From NCBI GenBank assembly GCA_039589875.1, contig JBDHGL010000017.1:5875-69874 (forward strand): a DNA stretch of 64,000 nucleotides, given 5' to 3'. The translations under genes and the position numbers were made by a program. This document shows, one piece after another, positions 19,506 to 31,229 of the stretch; within the stretch, counting starts at the first letter, position 1; each line of letters begins with the position of its first letter. The stretch comes from Gemmatimonadota bacterium (lineage in GTDB: Bacteria; Gemmatimonadota; Gemmatimonadetes; Palauibacterales; Palauibacteraceae). The notes under the pieces were generated by a model. It was given only the letters and a program-made list of their open reading frames with translations. It ran no database searches and had not been told where the DNA came from.

Positions 19506-21111
19506 CGTCGGGAAGCGTGAAGGCGCCCACGTGGGGTGCCGGGTTGTTCAGAGCCGCTCGGAAGGCGAGGTCGAGCACGCTGCGCGTATCCTCGGGCCGG
19601 ATGATCGCATCGACGAAACCTCTCGCCGCCGCGTACCGGGCATCGAGTTGCTCGTCGTATTCCTCACGCGTCTGCTCGATGGCCGTCGCCGTCTCCTCGT
19701 CGAGCGGCTCGCCCTCCTGTGCCGCGTCGAGCTTCGGGCCGTAAATGGCACGGACTGCCGACTCCCCTTCCATCACTCCCATCCTGCCCGTAGGCCACGT
19801 GAAGATGAAGTCCGGGTCGAAGCCCTGACCGGCCATGGCGTAGTATCCCGCGCCGCTCGCGTGATTGACCGTAATCACGATCTTCGGCACTCGGGCCGTT
19901 GCCATCGCCTCGACCATCCTGGCGCCGGCCCGGATGATTCCGGAATGCTCGGCCTCCTTACCCACCATGAAGCCGCTCACATCCTGTACGAACAGGAGGG
20001 GGATGCGGTGACGGTCGCACACGTCCATGAAGTATGCCGTCTTCTCAGCCGTGTCCGTGTAGACGATGCCGCCGAACTTCGGAGGCCCGCCACCCTTGAC
20101 GGGATACATCCCCCGGCGGTTTGCCATTACGCCGACCGAGCGTCCCTCGATGCGTGCTACGGCGGTCAGCAGCTCCGGTGCATGATCGGCCTGGAACTCG
20201 TCCCAACCGCCTCCGTCCAGGAACGTCCCTAGCAGGGCTTCCATGTCGTACGGCTGCCGGTGGTTGGCCGGCATGATCTCGTAGGTGTCCTCGGCGGAGC
20301 GCTCCGGCGGGCTCGGCTCCGCTTGGGGCGGCGGCTTCAGCGGCGCCGGTAGCTCCGCAACCAGCTCCCGTAGCCTATTCAGGCACTCATCGTCGTCCTT
20401 CACCTTGTAATGCGCGACGCCACTGATCTCCGTGTGGGTCGAAGCGCCGCCAAGCTCCTCGCGCCCCACCTCCTGACCGGTGGCGCCTTTGACGAGGTTG
20501 GGACCGCCGAGCCCCATGAAGCTCGTCCCCTCGACCATCACGATCACGTCCGAGAGCGCAGGAAGGTAGGCGCCGCCCGCGATACACGAGCCCATCACGG
20601 CCGAGAGCTGCGGCACTTTCAGATAGTGCCGCATGATCGAGTTGTAGTAGAAGATCCGGCTCGCTCCGTACTTGCCGGGGAAGACGCCGCCCTGGTAGGG
20701 CAGGTTCACCCCCGCGGAGTCGACCAGATATATGATCGGGATGCGGCAGCGCATCGCGATCTCCTGGGCGCGGAGCATCTTGGTGATCGTTTCGGGCCAC
20801 CAGCTGCCGGCCTTCACCGTGGCGTCGTTGGCGACGATCACGACTTCCCGGCCGCACACCTCGCCGACCCCGGTCAGCACCCCTGCCGCCGGCGCGCGTC
20901 CATCGTACTGGTCGAACGCAACGAGCAGGCCGATCTCCAGGAACCCGCCTCCGGGATCGAGCAAACGCTCGACACGCTCGCGCGCGGTCAGCTTCCCCTG
21001 GGTGTGCTGCCGCTCGATCCTCTCGGGTCCGCCGCCCTGGCGAAGCCGGTCCTCCAGCTCTTGGAGCTGGGACACGAGCTGGGCCATGCGCGAGTTCGCG
21101 GCGGTAGTCAC
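19498..21111 (-). CDS. acyl-CoA carboxylase carboxyltransferase (beta) subunit (AtuC/MccB/PccB family)
   Basis: 537 aa two-domain carboxyltransferase (N-CT and C-CT). Confidence 0.9.
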   Translation of the reverse strand: MTTAANSRMAQLVSQLQELEDRLRQGGGPERIERQHTQGKLTARERVERLLDPGGGFLEIGLLVAFDQYDGRAPAAGVLTGVGEVCGREVVIVANDATVKAGSWWPETITKMLRAQEIAMRCRIPIIYLVDSAGVNLPYQGGVFPGKYGASRIFYYNSIMRHYLKVPQLSAVMGSCIAGGAYLPALSDVIVMVEGTSFMGLGGPNLVKGATGQEVGREELGGASTHTEISGVAHYKVKDDDECLNRLRELVAELPAPLKPPPQAEPSPPERSAEDTYEIMPANHRQPYDMEALLGTFLDGGGWDEFQADHAPELLTAVARIEGRSVGVMANRRGMYPVKGGGPPKFGGIVYTDTAEKTAYFMDVCDRHRIPLLFVQDVSGFMVGKEAEHSGIIRAGARMVEAMATARVPKIVITVNHASGAGYYAMAGQGFDPDFIFTWPTGRMGVMEGESAVRAIYGPKLDAAQEGEPLDEETATAIEQTREEYDEQLDARYAAARGFVDAIIRPEDTRSVLDLAFRAALNNPAPHVGAFTLPDDA

Positions 21112-21560
21112 GAAGCCTCGGGCGCCTCGCCCACCGAATCTCGCTTCTCCACCCAGGCCCGGATGTACTCCACGGCTTCCGACGTGGCGGTGCCCGGGGT
21201 GAAGAGCTGGCCGATCCCGATTCGCTCGAGCTCCTCGGCATCCTCGGCCGGAATGATGCCGCCGCCGGTGACCAACACGTCGGCCATTCCCTGCTCGTCC
21301 ATTATCCGCTTGACCCTGGGGAAGAGCGTCATGTGGGCCCCGGAGAGGATCGACAGCGCGACGACGTCCACATCCTCCTGAAGCGCCGTGCTGGCAATCA
21401 TTTCCGGCGTTTGGTGCAGCCCGGTGTAGATCACCTCCATGCCGGCGTCCCGGAGAGCCGCCGCCATCACCTTGGCGCCGCGATCGTGTCCATCCAGGCC
21501 CGGCTTGGCTACGAGAACCCTGATTCTCCGTTCTGTCATCACCACCACGGCGTTGATCAT
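21108..21560 (-). CDS. cobalamin-binding small subunit of an acyl-CoA mutase (B12-binding domain)
   Basis: B12 DxHxxG-type motif ([23 protein letters not shown]); start ambiguous (ATG 21560 or 21539). Confidence 0.8.
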   Translation of the reverse strand: MINAVVVMTERRIRVLVAKPGLDGHDRGAKVMAAALRDAGMEVIYTGLHQTPEMIASTALQEDVDVVALSILSGAHMTLFPRVKRIMDEQGMADVLVTGGGIIPAEDAEELERIGIGQLFTPGTATSEAVEYIRAWVEKRDSVGEAPEAS

Positions 21561-21701
21561 TCGCCCGCTTCCGGCGAGGAGCACCGCGCTCTCCGCTCGG
21601 CGCGAACCAGATTCGTCCAAGTTACCGGTGGCCGGTGGAAGGCTGCAACGAGACTCCAGCCGGTGGCAGGCCGGGTCGGCAAGCCGCTATGTTGGGCGGA
21701 G

Positions 21702-22799
21702 ATGGCCAGACTCCGAACCGCCGCCGAGAGCCTCCCACCGCGCCGTAGCGTGCTGCTGAGCGCCGCCGCCTTCGTGGTCGCGGTCGCCGGCATGCGCGCG
21801 GCCGCAGACATCCTCGTCCCGTTCCTCCTCGCCGTGTTCATCGCGATCCTCTGCTCCGAGCCGATGGGCCTCCTCCGGCGGCTCGGGGTGCCGCGTTGGA
21901 TCGCGGTGACGGTCGTCGTTCTCGGAGTGTTGGGCCTGGGCGCAGCGGTGACCACCCTGCTCGGTACATCGCTCATCGATTTCACGCGCACCCTGCCCCT
22001 CTATCAGCAGCGTCTCGAATCGGAGACCGAGGCGCTTTTGGGGTGGCTACGGGGGCTCGGGTTGGACGTCTCGGGAGACCTACTGCTCAGCTATTTCGAG
22101 CTCGGCCGGATCCTCCAGCTGGTCGGCGGCATTCTCACGGGACTCCGGGGCCTGGTGACGGATGCCTTCCTCATCATCCTCACCATGATCTTCATTCTCA
22201 TCGAGATGTCCAGCTTCCCGGCCAAGCTCGGCGCCGCCCTGGGGGAAGCCGATGCCTCCGAGGCGAGCGGCGCTTTCTCCGACTTCGTGGTGGACGTCCG
22301 GAAGTACGTCGGCCTCAAGACGCTGGTGAGTCTCGGAACAGGAGCACTCGTGGCCGCGTGGCTTGCGTTCCTCGGAGTCGACTACTCCCTGCTCTGGGGC
22401 GTCGTCGCCTTTCTGCTGAACTACGTGCCCACGATCGGGTCGTGGATCGCGGCGTTGCCGGCCGTCCTGTTCGCGTTTCTCCAGCTCGGCCCGGGAGCGG
22501 GGCTGGCGGCGGCGCTCGGCTACCTGGTCGTGAACACTCTGATGGGTAACGTGGTCGAGCCGCGCGTGATGGGCCGGGGCATGGGGCTATCCACCCTGGT
22601 CGTCTTCCTCTCCCTGATCTTCTGGGGATGGGTGCTCGGCCCAATCGGGATGCTGCTCTCCGTCCCGCTCACCGTGATCCTCAAGCGGGCGCTGGAGCTT
22701 CAGGACAGCACGCGATGGATCGGTATCCTTCTCGGTCCCGCCATGCCGGCGGGCACGCCGGTAGCCTTGCCCGTCACGGAGGAGGCCTCGGCGGGCTAG
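21702..22799 (+). CDS. AI-2E family transporter (PerM-like)
   Basis: 365 aa, 8 TM helices, AI-2E family architecture; track ORF N-extension rejected. Confidence 0.8.
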   Translation: MARLRTAAESLPPRRSVLLSAAAFVVAVAGMRAAADILVPFLLAVFIAILCSEPMGLLRRLGVPRWIAVTVVVLGVLGLGAAVTTLLGTSLIDFTRTLPLYQQRLESETEALLGWLRGLGLDVSGDLLLSYFELGRILQLVGGILTGLRGLVTDAFLIILTMIFILIEMSSFPAKLGAALGEADASEASGAFSDFVVDVRKYVGLKTLVSLGTGALVAAWLAFLGVDYSLLWGVVAFLLNYVPTIGSWIAALPAVLFAFLQLGPGAGLAAALGYLVVNTLMGNVVEPRVMGRGMGLSTLVVFLSLIFWGWVLGPIGMLLSVPLTVILKRALELQDSTRWIGILLGPAMPAGTPVALPVTEEASAG

Positions 22800-22843
22800 C
22801 CCCTACCTGACCGCCAAACGGAGCAAAGAAAGCGAGGGTTCGA

Positions 22844-23101
22844 ATGGATCGGGACGATCTGAAAGACCTGGCGCAGCGACTGGAGCGTCAGCGCGACGAG
22901 CTCAGGGTGCAGGCGCACCTGGCGAAGGCCGAGGCGCGGGAGGAGTGGGAGGAGCTGGAGGAGAAGTGGGAACAGCTGAAAGGGAAGCTGAGGACGGCCG
23001 GCGAGGAAGCGGATGACGCCTCGGATGACGTCAAGGCGGCCGCGTCTCTGCTGATGGACGAGCTCAAGAAAGGCTACGACCGGATCCGCAGTCGCCTGTA
23101 G
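22844..23101 (+). CDS. hypothetical small acidic coiled-coil protein (85 aa)
   Basis: Heptad-like E/K/R/L-rich sequence; GAGGG 8 nt upstream of ATG. Confidence 0.4.
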   Translation: MDRDDLKDLAQRLERQRDELRVQAHLAKAEAREEWEELEEKWEQLKGKLRTAGEEADDASDDVKAAASLLMDELKKGYDRIRSRL

Positions 23102-23128
23102 AGCCCGAGGCTGGCGGCGCCGCCGGTG

Positions 23129-24847
<1,719 letters not shown>

Positions 24848-24906
24848 CTCGACCCCATACTACCGCCCGCTATCACCCGTCGTTCCGGCGAGAAGCGGAG
24901 CTAAGA

Positions 24907-25950
24907 TCAGCCCTCCGACAGTCGGTCGGCCACCGAATAGGGAGTGATCCGGCCGGTGAGAAGATCCTCCAGGAGATCCCCTTTCCGGGCGTTCCAAGCC
25001 TTCAATGTGGAAGACTCTGCTCGGCGCAGCAGGATCCGCCTGGTCTGGTCCAGCAGGGCGTTGGCCCTTCGTACCGCCAGCTCGCCCGACTCGGTCAGGG
25101 AGCCGAAGTGCTCATCCAGTCGCTTCGCGAGCTCCTCGACGCCCTCTCCCTGCGTGGCGATCGTCTTGAAAACAGGGACATCCCAGTCGCCTGACTCGCT
25201 CTCCTCGTCTTCCTTCCCCTGGTCCGTCTCCACCTCCGCGCTGCCGTGGGCGCGGGCGTGGTGACGTGGAATCCCACGCAACGCCCTTCCCGCCCGGATG
25301 GTCTTCATTACCTCGATTTCCTTGACCAACCGGTCGGCTCCGGGACGGTCCGCCTTGTTCACGCAGAATAGATCCGCCACCTCCATCAGCCCCGCCTTCA
25401 TCGCCTGAATTCCATCCCCGGATTCGGGGACCAGAACCACAACCGTCGTGTCGGCCGCGACGGCAATTTCAAGCTCGGACTGGCCCACCCCCAACGTCTC
25501 GAGGATCACCCGGTCGAACCCGAACGCATCCATGAGATCGGCCGCCTCTGTCGCGGCGGTGGCGAGCCCTCCGAGTGATCCGCGGCTCGCCATCGAGCGG
25601 ACGAACATGCCCGGCTCGACCGCGAGCTCCGCCATCCGTATCCGGTCTCCCAGAAGCGCCCCGCCGGTGAACGGGCTCGTCGGGTCGACGGCAATCACCC
25701 CCACCCGGGCTCCTTCGTCACGGAACAGCCTTGCTAGACCCGCCGTGAGGGTGGACTTCCCGGCCCCCGGTGGACCCGTAATCCCGATGCGGCGCGCCCG
25801 GCCCACTGCAGAGCGCAGCTCGTCCAGAAGACCCTCGAAGCCCGGAGCCTGGTCTTCGACGATCGAGATGGCTCGAGCCAGGGCGCGCGGATCACCGGCT
25901 TGAAAGGATTTGACCAGGACCGGCGGGCCGCCGGAAGGAAAGGCACGCAT
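24907..25950 (-). CDS. meaB: methylmalonyl-CoA mutase-associated GTPase MeaB (ArgK)
   Basis: P-loop GITGPPGAGKST and MeaB G-motifs. Confidence 0.9.
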   Translation of the reverse strand: MRAFPSGGPPVLVKSFQAGDPRALARAISIVEDQAPGFEGLLDELRSAVGRARRIGITGPPGAGKSTLTAGLARLFRDEGARVGVIAVDPTSPFTGGALLGDRIRMAELAVEPGMFVRSMASRGSLGGLATAATEAADLMDAFGFDRVILETLGVGQSELEIAVAADTTVVVLVPESGDGIQAMKAGLMEVADLFCVNKADRPGADRLVKEIEVMKTIRAGRALRGIPRHHARAHGSAEVETDQGKEDEESESGDWDVPVFKTIATQGEGVEELAKRLDEHFGSLTESGELAVRRANALLDQTRRILLRRAESSTLKAWNARKGDLLEDLLTGRITPYSVADRLSEG

Positions 25951-25972
25951 CCGAAGGGCTACTCCTCAGGCC

Positions 25973-27319
25973 TCAGAGAAGAAGGCTCGTTGCCAGGGCG
26001 AGGAGCAGAAAGAACCCCGCCAGGTCGGTCAGCGTCGTAACGAACACCGATGAAGCGACGGCCGGATCCACGCCGATGCTCTCCAGGAAGATCGGGATGA
26101 ATCCGCCGACCGTGGATGCGACGACGAGGTTGCCCCACATGGCGAGCATGACGACCAGGCCGAACCTCGCATCGCTGACGAGAAGGAGACCGGCTACGGC
26201 CGCGATGCTGCCGATCACGACTCCGTTCAGAAGTCCCACCGTGAGCTCCTTTGCGACCACCGACCAACGCTTCGTCAGCGATTCGTCCGAGATAGCGATC
26301 CGGCGGATCGTGACGGCGAGCGCCTGGGTGCCCGCGTTGCCGCCGAGCGCGGCGATAACCGGCATCACGGCGGCAAGGATGACCAGCTGCTCGATCGTAT
26401 CACGGTACAGGTAGACGATCGAAGAGGCCGCGGCGGTGGTGACCAGACTCAGTACGAGCCACGGGAGACGACTGCGGGCGGCATCGACGGTCGATCCTCG
26501 GACCTCCTCTTCTTCCGAGACCGAGGCGAAGCGGAGGATGTCCTCGGTGGTCTCCGCCTCCATCACATCGATCACGTCGTCGAACGTGATCCGACCCACC
26601 AGCCGATCCAGCGCATCCACGACGCCGATCGACGCCAGGTTGTAACGTGCCAGGATCCGGCCTACCTCCTCCTGATCCATATCTACGGGCACGACGGCCG
26701 GGGGCTCATCGGTGAACTCGGTAATCGGGCGTTGGGGATCGGCCAGGACCAGGCTCTGGAGGTTCGTGACGCCCCGCAGGGCGCCGCGGGGACCGACAAC
26801 GAAGATCGTGAAGAAGTCGGGAACGTCGCGCGCCTGGCGGCGGATCTCGGCCAACGCTTCGCCCGCCGTGACATGCACGGGGAGAGCGACCAGCTCGCGG
26901 GTCATGATCCCGCCCGCACTCTCCTCCGGATAGTGGAGGAGATCCTCGATCGTGCTCGGGTCGTCGAGAGACGCGAGAACGCGCGCCTGATCCTCTGGCT
27001 CCAGCTCGCCGATGAGATCGGCCGCGTCGGCGTCGGGCATCTCCTCGACGACCTGGGCCATCTTCTCCGGTTCGAGCTGGGCGAGAAGCTCTTCCGGATG
27101 CTCGATCTCCTCCATCTCCACGAGCGTCCCGGCGGCTGCGGTAGAGGGAAGCAGGGAGATCACCCGAAGCCGCTGCTCTTCCTCCAGCTCCTCGAGAACG
27201 TCGGCCAGGTCGCTCGCGTGGACGTTCTCGACGAGGTGGCGCAGCTCGTCACTGTCGCCCCGGGTGAGCAACTCCTGCAGGCGCTTCACCTGTTCCTCGA
27301 GTTCGGTGTGCTCGCTCAA
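25973..27319 (-). CDS. mgtE: magnesium transporter MgtE
   Basis: 448 aa; MgtE-N, tandem CBS and 5-TM MgtE domains. Confidence 0.9.
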   Translation of the reverse strand: MSEHTELEEQVKRLQELLTRGDSDELRHLVENVHASDLADVLEELEEEQRLRVISLLPSTAAAGTLVEMEEIEHPEELLAQLEPEKMAQVVEEMPDADAADLIGELEPEDQARVLASLDDPSTIEDLLHYPEESAGGIMTRELVALPVHVTAGEALAEIRRQARDVPDFFTIFVVGPRGALRGVTNLQSLVLADPQRPITEFTDEPPAVVPVDMDQEEVGRILARYNLASIGVVDALDRLVGRITFDDVIDVMEAETTEDILRFASVSEEEEVRGSTVDAARSRLPWLVLSLVTTAAASSIVYLYRDTIEQLVILAAVMPVIAALGGNAGTQALAVTIRRIAISDESLTKRWSVVAKELTVGLLNGVVIGSIAAVAGLLLVSDARFGLVVMLAMWGNLVVASTVGGFIPIFLESIGVDPAVASSVFVTTLTDLAGFFLLLALATSLLL

Positions 27320-27382
27320 GGTGCCTCGACCGACCTACTGGGTGGGCCCGACGTCACGGAGTATCAGCCCGCGGACGGTGCC

Positions 27383-27829
27383 TCAAGGAATGCCTCGCGT
27401 CAAGCGGCCAACCAACTCCTCCTGAAGCCGGAACATCGGGGAAGCGTAGCGATCGTCTCCCTCGGGATGGTCATGTCCGAGCAGGTGCAGGATGCCGTGC
27501 ACCACAAGACGCACGAGCTCCTCTTCTTCGGAGATTCCCAGCTCGGCCGCCGTGCGCGCGGCCACCTCGGGAGCGACGTACACATCGCCGATCAGAACTC
27601 CGTCGTCGCCGAGCTCGAAAGCGATGACGTCCGTGCTCCCGGACCGGCCGAGATAGCGGAGGTTGAGCTCGCGCATCACCACATCGGTGACGAAGGTGAT
27701 GCCGATCTCGCCGCTCGGGGGCTCGGGCGTCGTGCGGAGAGCGGCCTTTGCGGCCTCGCTCAACGTGGCGGCGATGCCCGCCACGGCCGGCCAATTTTCG
27801 GTGAGGTTGAGAACGATCCGGACAGTCAT
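27383..27829 (-). CDS. ybeY: rRNA maturation endoribonuclease YbeY
   Basis: 148 aa; HGxLHLxGxDH zinc motif (HGILHLLGHDH). Confidence 0.9.
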   Translation of the reverse strand: MTVRIVLNLTENWPAVAGIAATLSEAAKAALRTTPEPPSGEIGITFVTDVVMRELNLRYLGRSGSTDVIAFELGDDGVLIGDVYVAPEVAARTAAELGISEEEELVRLVVHGILHLLGHDHPEGDDRYASPMFRLQEELVGRLTRGIP

Positions 27830-27884
27830 CGGCCGTGGCTCTCCACGCCGGGCTCGATCGCTCCCCGTCCGGCCGAAGCGAGGA

Positions 27885-30227
27885 TCAATCGGAGCCGGTA
27901 CGAGCCTCGCGCGGTGCCGCCGTCTCGACGCCAGCCAACGGCGCCTCGAGCGGCGCCTCGCTCTGTTGGGGGGGAGCTTCCTCGGCGCTGGAGGCCGGAG
28001 GCGCTGGCGCGGGGCGGTCTGCGGTGTCCGGATAGTCTATCCGGTGGTGGTAGAAGCTCGTCAACGTTTGGGCGAATTCCGCCTTAATCCGGTGCAGATC
28101 GTCCAGCGTGAGAGGTGACTGATCGAGCTGCCCCTCGCGTATCCTGGAGTTCACCAACTGGTCGATCAGCGAACGGACTCGTTCCGGGGTGGGATCTGCC
28201 AGGGTCCGCGTCGCCGATTCCACGCAGTCGGCAAGCATGACGATCGCGGTTTCCTTGGATTGAGGCTTCGGCCCTGGATAGGAGAAGTCCCACAGATTGA
28301 TGTCGAGATCCGGCTCCTCCTGTTTGGCCTTGTTGAGGAAGAACGAGATGGTGAGCGTCCCGTGGTGCTCGCAGATGAAATCCTTGATCGCCTGCGGCAG
28401 GTGCGCCTCGTCCGCCAACCGAAGGCCTTCGCGCACGTGCTCCTTGATCACCTCGGCGCTTCTCGACGGCCGCATCCGGTCGTGCGGGTTTCGCCCGGGT
28501 GGCTGGTTCTCCACGAAGTACTGCGGCTGCTGCATCTTCCCGATGTCGTGATAGTAGGTTCCCACGCGAGCGAGCAGCGCGTTTGCTCCTATTGCCGTGC
28601 AGGCGGCTTCGGCCAGGTTGGCGACGCTTACCGAGTGCGCGTAAGTGCCGGACGCCTTCTTTGCCAGCTGGCGCAGCACCGGACGGTTCAGGTCCGAGAG
28701 CTCGAGCAGGGTCTGCCGGGTGGTGGTGCCTGTAAAGCTCTCGAGCGCCGGCAGGAGTCCGCCCACCACGAGCACGGTGCACACCGTCGCGTTCAGCGCG
28801 CCGAAGGCCGTCGTGATCGCGAGCTCGCGGGCCGGCCACCCGAACAAGAGGCCGAGGGCCAGCGCGGCCAGGAAGTAGGACAGGGTGATGATCGCGATCA
28901 GCTTCCAGCTGTCGGCCCTGCGCCGCAGGACACGGATCGCCGTGGCGCCGGCCGCACCACCAGCCATCGTGAGGAACGGCGCGCTCAGTCCGGGAAACAC
29001 GGTCTGACCGGCAAGCAGCGCGGCGATCACCAGTACGGTGACGGTCGCCAGCAGCCCATCGTAGACGGCCGCCACCAGCAGAGCCGCGAGAGCGACGGGG
29101 ATCAGCGCCGGAGAAGTGTCCGCCCGCGCCACTACGCTGGCCAACACCATCACCACGAAGATGAGACCGAGGACGATCGAGAAGCTGCGGAAGCTCTCGT
29201 AGACCTGCGTGCGGTGATAGTAGAGCACGCCCCACAGGATGCCGATCACGACCAACGAGTAGAGCACGCCACCGAAGGAGCGGAAGATCGAGCCGACCCC
29301 GCTGGCCAGACTCGTGTCCAGCAGAGCCGCCCGGTAGGCACGAAGCTTCTCGATCTCCTCGCGCCCCACCCGCTCGTGGGCGGTCACGATCCGCTCACCC
29401 TCCAGAACGAAACCGGCCGATTCCTGAACAGCGTTTCTCGCCTGTTGCCGGGCTCGCCCCGTGGCATCCGGGTCGAGGCTCAGGCTCTCTTCCAGGTAGT
29501 GCACGACGAGGGTCTGGAATAGCTGCAGGCCATTCACCGAGAGGGCGGTGGGCGCCAGCTCCGACGCCCGCGAGTAAAAGGCGCCTGTATCGAGCAAAGA
29601 GTCGCGCCGGACCAGCCGGTCGCCGCCGGCTTCCCGGATGATCACCTGGGCCGAGAAGACGTCCGACAGGTCTCGGCTGGAGACGACTCCCCGCGGCAAC
29701 AGACTCTCGTACGCCCTCAGGAGAGCGTCCCGCAGACCGCGTCGGCGCGCGCCCACTGTCAGGAAGGTGGCCTGCTCGGTGGTCGGTACCGTCACGTTCT
29801 CCACGTCGCCGAGAACCTGCCGGACCGCCAGCGTGTCGTCTTCGGCGACGGCGAGCGCGCTGTCCAGGCGGGAGAACAACCCACCGACTTTCTGCGTCGT
29901 CCTGGTAACTGCCTCACCATCGTAGATGAAGATCGGCGAGATGCCTCGCTCCGCCTCGGTTCGCTCCAGCTGCAGGCGATCTGGCGATTTCGGCACGTCG
30001 AACGAGATATCGGCGATCACGTCCTCCGTCGCGACCTGGCCCTGCTCGAGAAGCGCGAAATCCGGGAGGGGAGCGGTCGGGAAGAGTACCGCAACGACCA
30101 CCGCCAATGCGACGAGGAGGAGCCCGCGCACCCCGTGATGGACCACGTTGGACCGCCAGCCGCTTCCCGGCGACCGCCCGATCGCCCGGAGCGCATCCCG
30201 CCAGCTCTCGGAGTAGTGCGCGATCAC
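27885..30227 (-). CDS. 7TM receptor with intracellular HD/HDIG phosphohydrolase (PgpH-like)
   Basis: 780 aa; extracellular N-domain, 7 TM block, C-terminal HD domain (HSVSVANLAEAA.., YHDIGK). Confidence 0.85.
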   Translation of the reverse strand: MIAHYSESWRDALRAIGRSPGSGWRSNVVHHGVRGLLLVALAVVVAVLFPTAPLPDFALLEQGQVATEDVIADISFDVPKSPDRLQLERTEAERGISPIFIYDGEAVTRTTQKVGGLFSRLDSALAVAEDDTLAVRQVLGDVENVTVPTTEQATFLTVGARRRGLRDALLRAYESLLPRGVVSSRDLSDVFSAQVIIREAGGDRLVRRDSLLDTGAFYSRASELAPTALSVNGLQLFQTLVVHYLEESLSLDPDATGRARQQARNAVQESAGFVLEGERIVTAHERVGREEIEKLRAYRAALLDTSLASGVGSIFRSFGGVLYSLVVIGILWGVLYYHRTQVYESFRSFSIVLGLIFVVMVLASVVARADTSPALIPVALAALLVAAVYDGLLATVTVLVIAALLAGQTVFPGLSAPFLTMAGGAAGATAIRVLRRRADSWKLIAIITLSYFLAALALGLLFGWPARELAITTAFGALNATVCTVLVVGGLLPALESFTGTTTRQTLLELSDLNRPVLRQLAKKASGTYAHSVSVANLAEAACTAIGANALLARVGTYYHDIGKMQQPQYFVENQPPGRNPHDRMRPSRSAEVIKEHVREGLRLADEAHLPQAIKDFICEHHGTLTISFFLNKAKQEEPDLDINLWDFSYPGPKPQSKETAIVMLADCVESATRTLADPTPERVRSLIDQLVNSRIREGQLDQSPLTLDDLHRIKAEFAQTLTSFYHHRIDYPDTADRPAPAPPASSAEEAPPQQSEAPLEAPLAGVETAAPREARTGSD

Positions 30228-31219
30228 TCGTCCCCCTCGGGGCCGGTTTCGTTCGAGCCGTCGCGCTCACCGTAGGCCCGGATGATCTCCTTCACCAACC
30301 GGTGGCGAACGACGTCCATCTCCGTCAGGTAGACGAAGCCGATCCCTTCGATTCCCTTCAGGACCTCCTCGATCTCGAGTAGGCCCGAATCGATACGGCG
30401 CGGAAGGTCGATCTGGGTCTTGTCGCCGGTGATCACGGTCTTGGAGTTCAGGCCCAACCGCGTCAGGAACATCTTCATCTGGGCGGTGGTCGCGTTCTGG
30501 GCCTCGTCCAGGATGAGGAAGGCATCGGACAGCGTCCGGCCGCGCATGTAAGCGAGAGGAGCGATCTCGATCGTGTGCTCTTCGATCGCTCGCCTCACCT
30601 TGTCAGCCGGCATCATGTCTTCCAGCGCGTCGTACAGAGGCCGCAGATAAGGATCGACCTTCTCCCGGATGTCGCCAGGAAGGAAGCCGAGCGCCTCGCC
30701 GGCTTCGACGGCGGGTCGAGTCAGAATGATCCGTCGCACCCGCTTCAGGTGAAGCGCTTCGACCGCCCGCGCCACCGCCAGGTACGTCTTGCCCGTGCCG
30801 GCCGGTCCGATGCCTACGACGATGTCGTTGTCGCGGATCGAGTCCAGATACTCGAGCTGCCCTTTCGAGCGGGACCGGATCAGCTTCCGCGCCCGGGGAA
30901 GAATCAGCGGCTCCGGCTGTTCTCCGTCCGAGATCTCGGCGGGCTCATCCCGGAAAAAGCGCTCCAGATCGCCAAGGGAGAATGTCTTCCGGTGGCGAGC
31001 CCGCTCGATCATCCGTCGCGCCACGGGCATGGCCTGCTCGACGGATTCCGGAGTTCCGGAGAGGATGAGGTGGTCGCCCCGTAGGATGACCCTGGCGTCG
31101 GTAAGGCGCGCGAGCTCCGCGAGATGGGCGTCGTTGACGCCCGCCAGTAGAAGCTGGTCTGCGCCTACGGCATCGAGCCGCTCTTGGACGGCGCGGGTCT
31201 CGGGGGACGATGTGCTCAC
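30224..31219 (-). CDS. phoH: PhoH-like ATPase
   Basis: Walker A GPAGTGKTY plus PhoH domain; GTG start at 31219 chosen because the track ORF start (31312) would overlap aspS by 80 nt. Confidence 0.85.
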   Translation of the reverse strand: MSTSSPETRAVQERLDAVGADQLLLAGVNDAHLAELARLTDARVILRGDHLILSGTPESVEQAMPVARRMIERARHRKTFSLGDLERFFRDEPAEISDGEQPEPLILPRARKLIRSRSKGQLEYLDSIRDNDIVVGIGPAGTGKTYLAVARAVEALHLKRVRRIILTRPAVEAGEALGFLPGDIREKVDPYLRPLYDALEDMMPADKVRRAIEEHTIEIAPLAYMRGRTLSDAFLILDEAQNATTAQMKMFLTRLGLNSKTVITGDKTQIDLPRRIDSGLLEIEEVLKGIEGIGFVYLTEMDVVRHRLVKEIIRAYGERDGSNETGPEGDE

Positions 31220-31229
31220 GGACGCCTCT

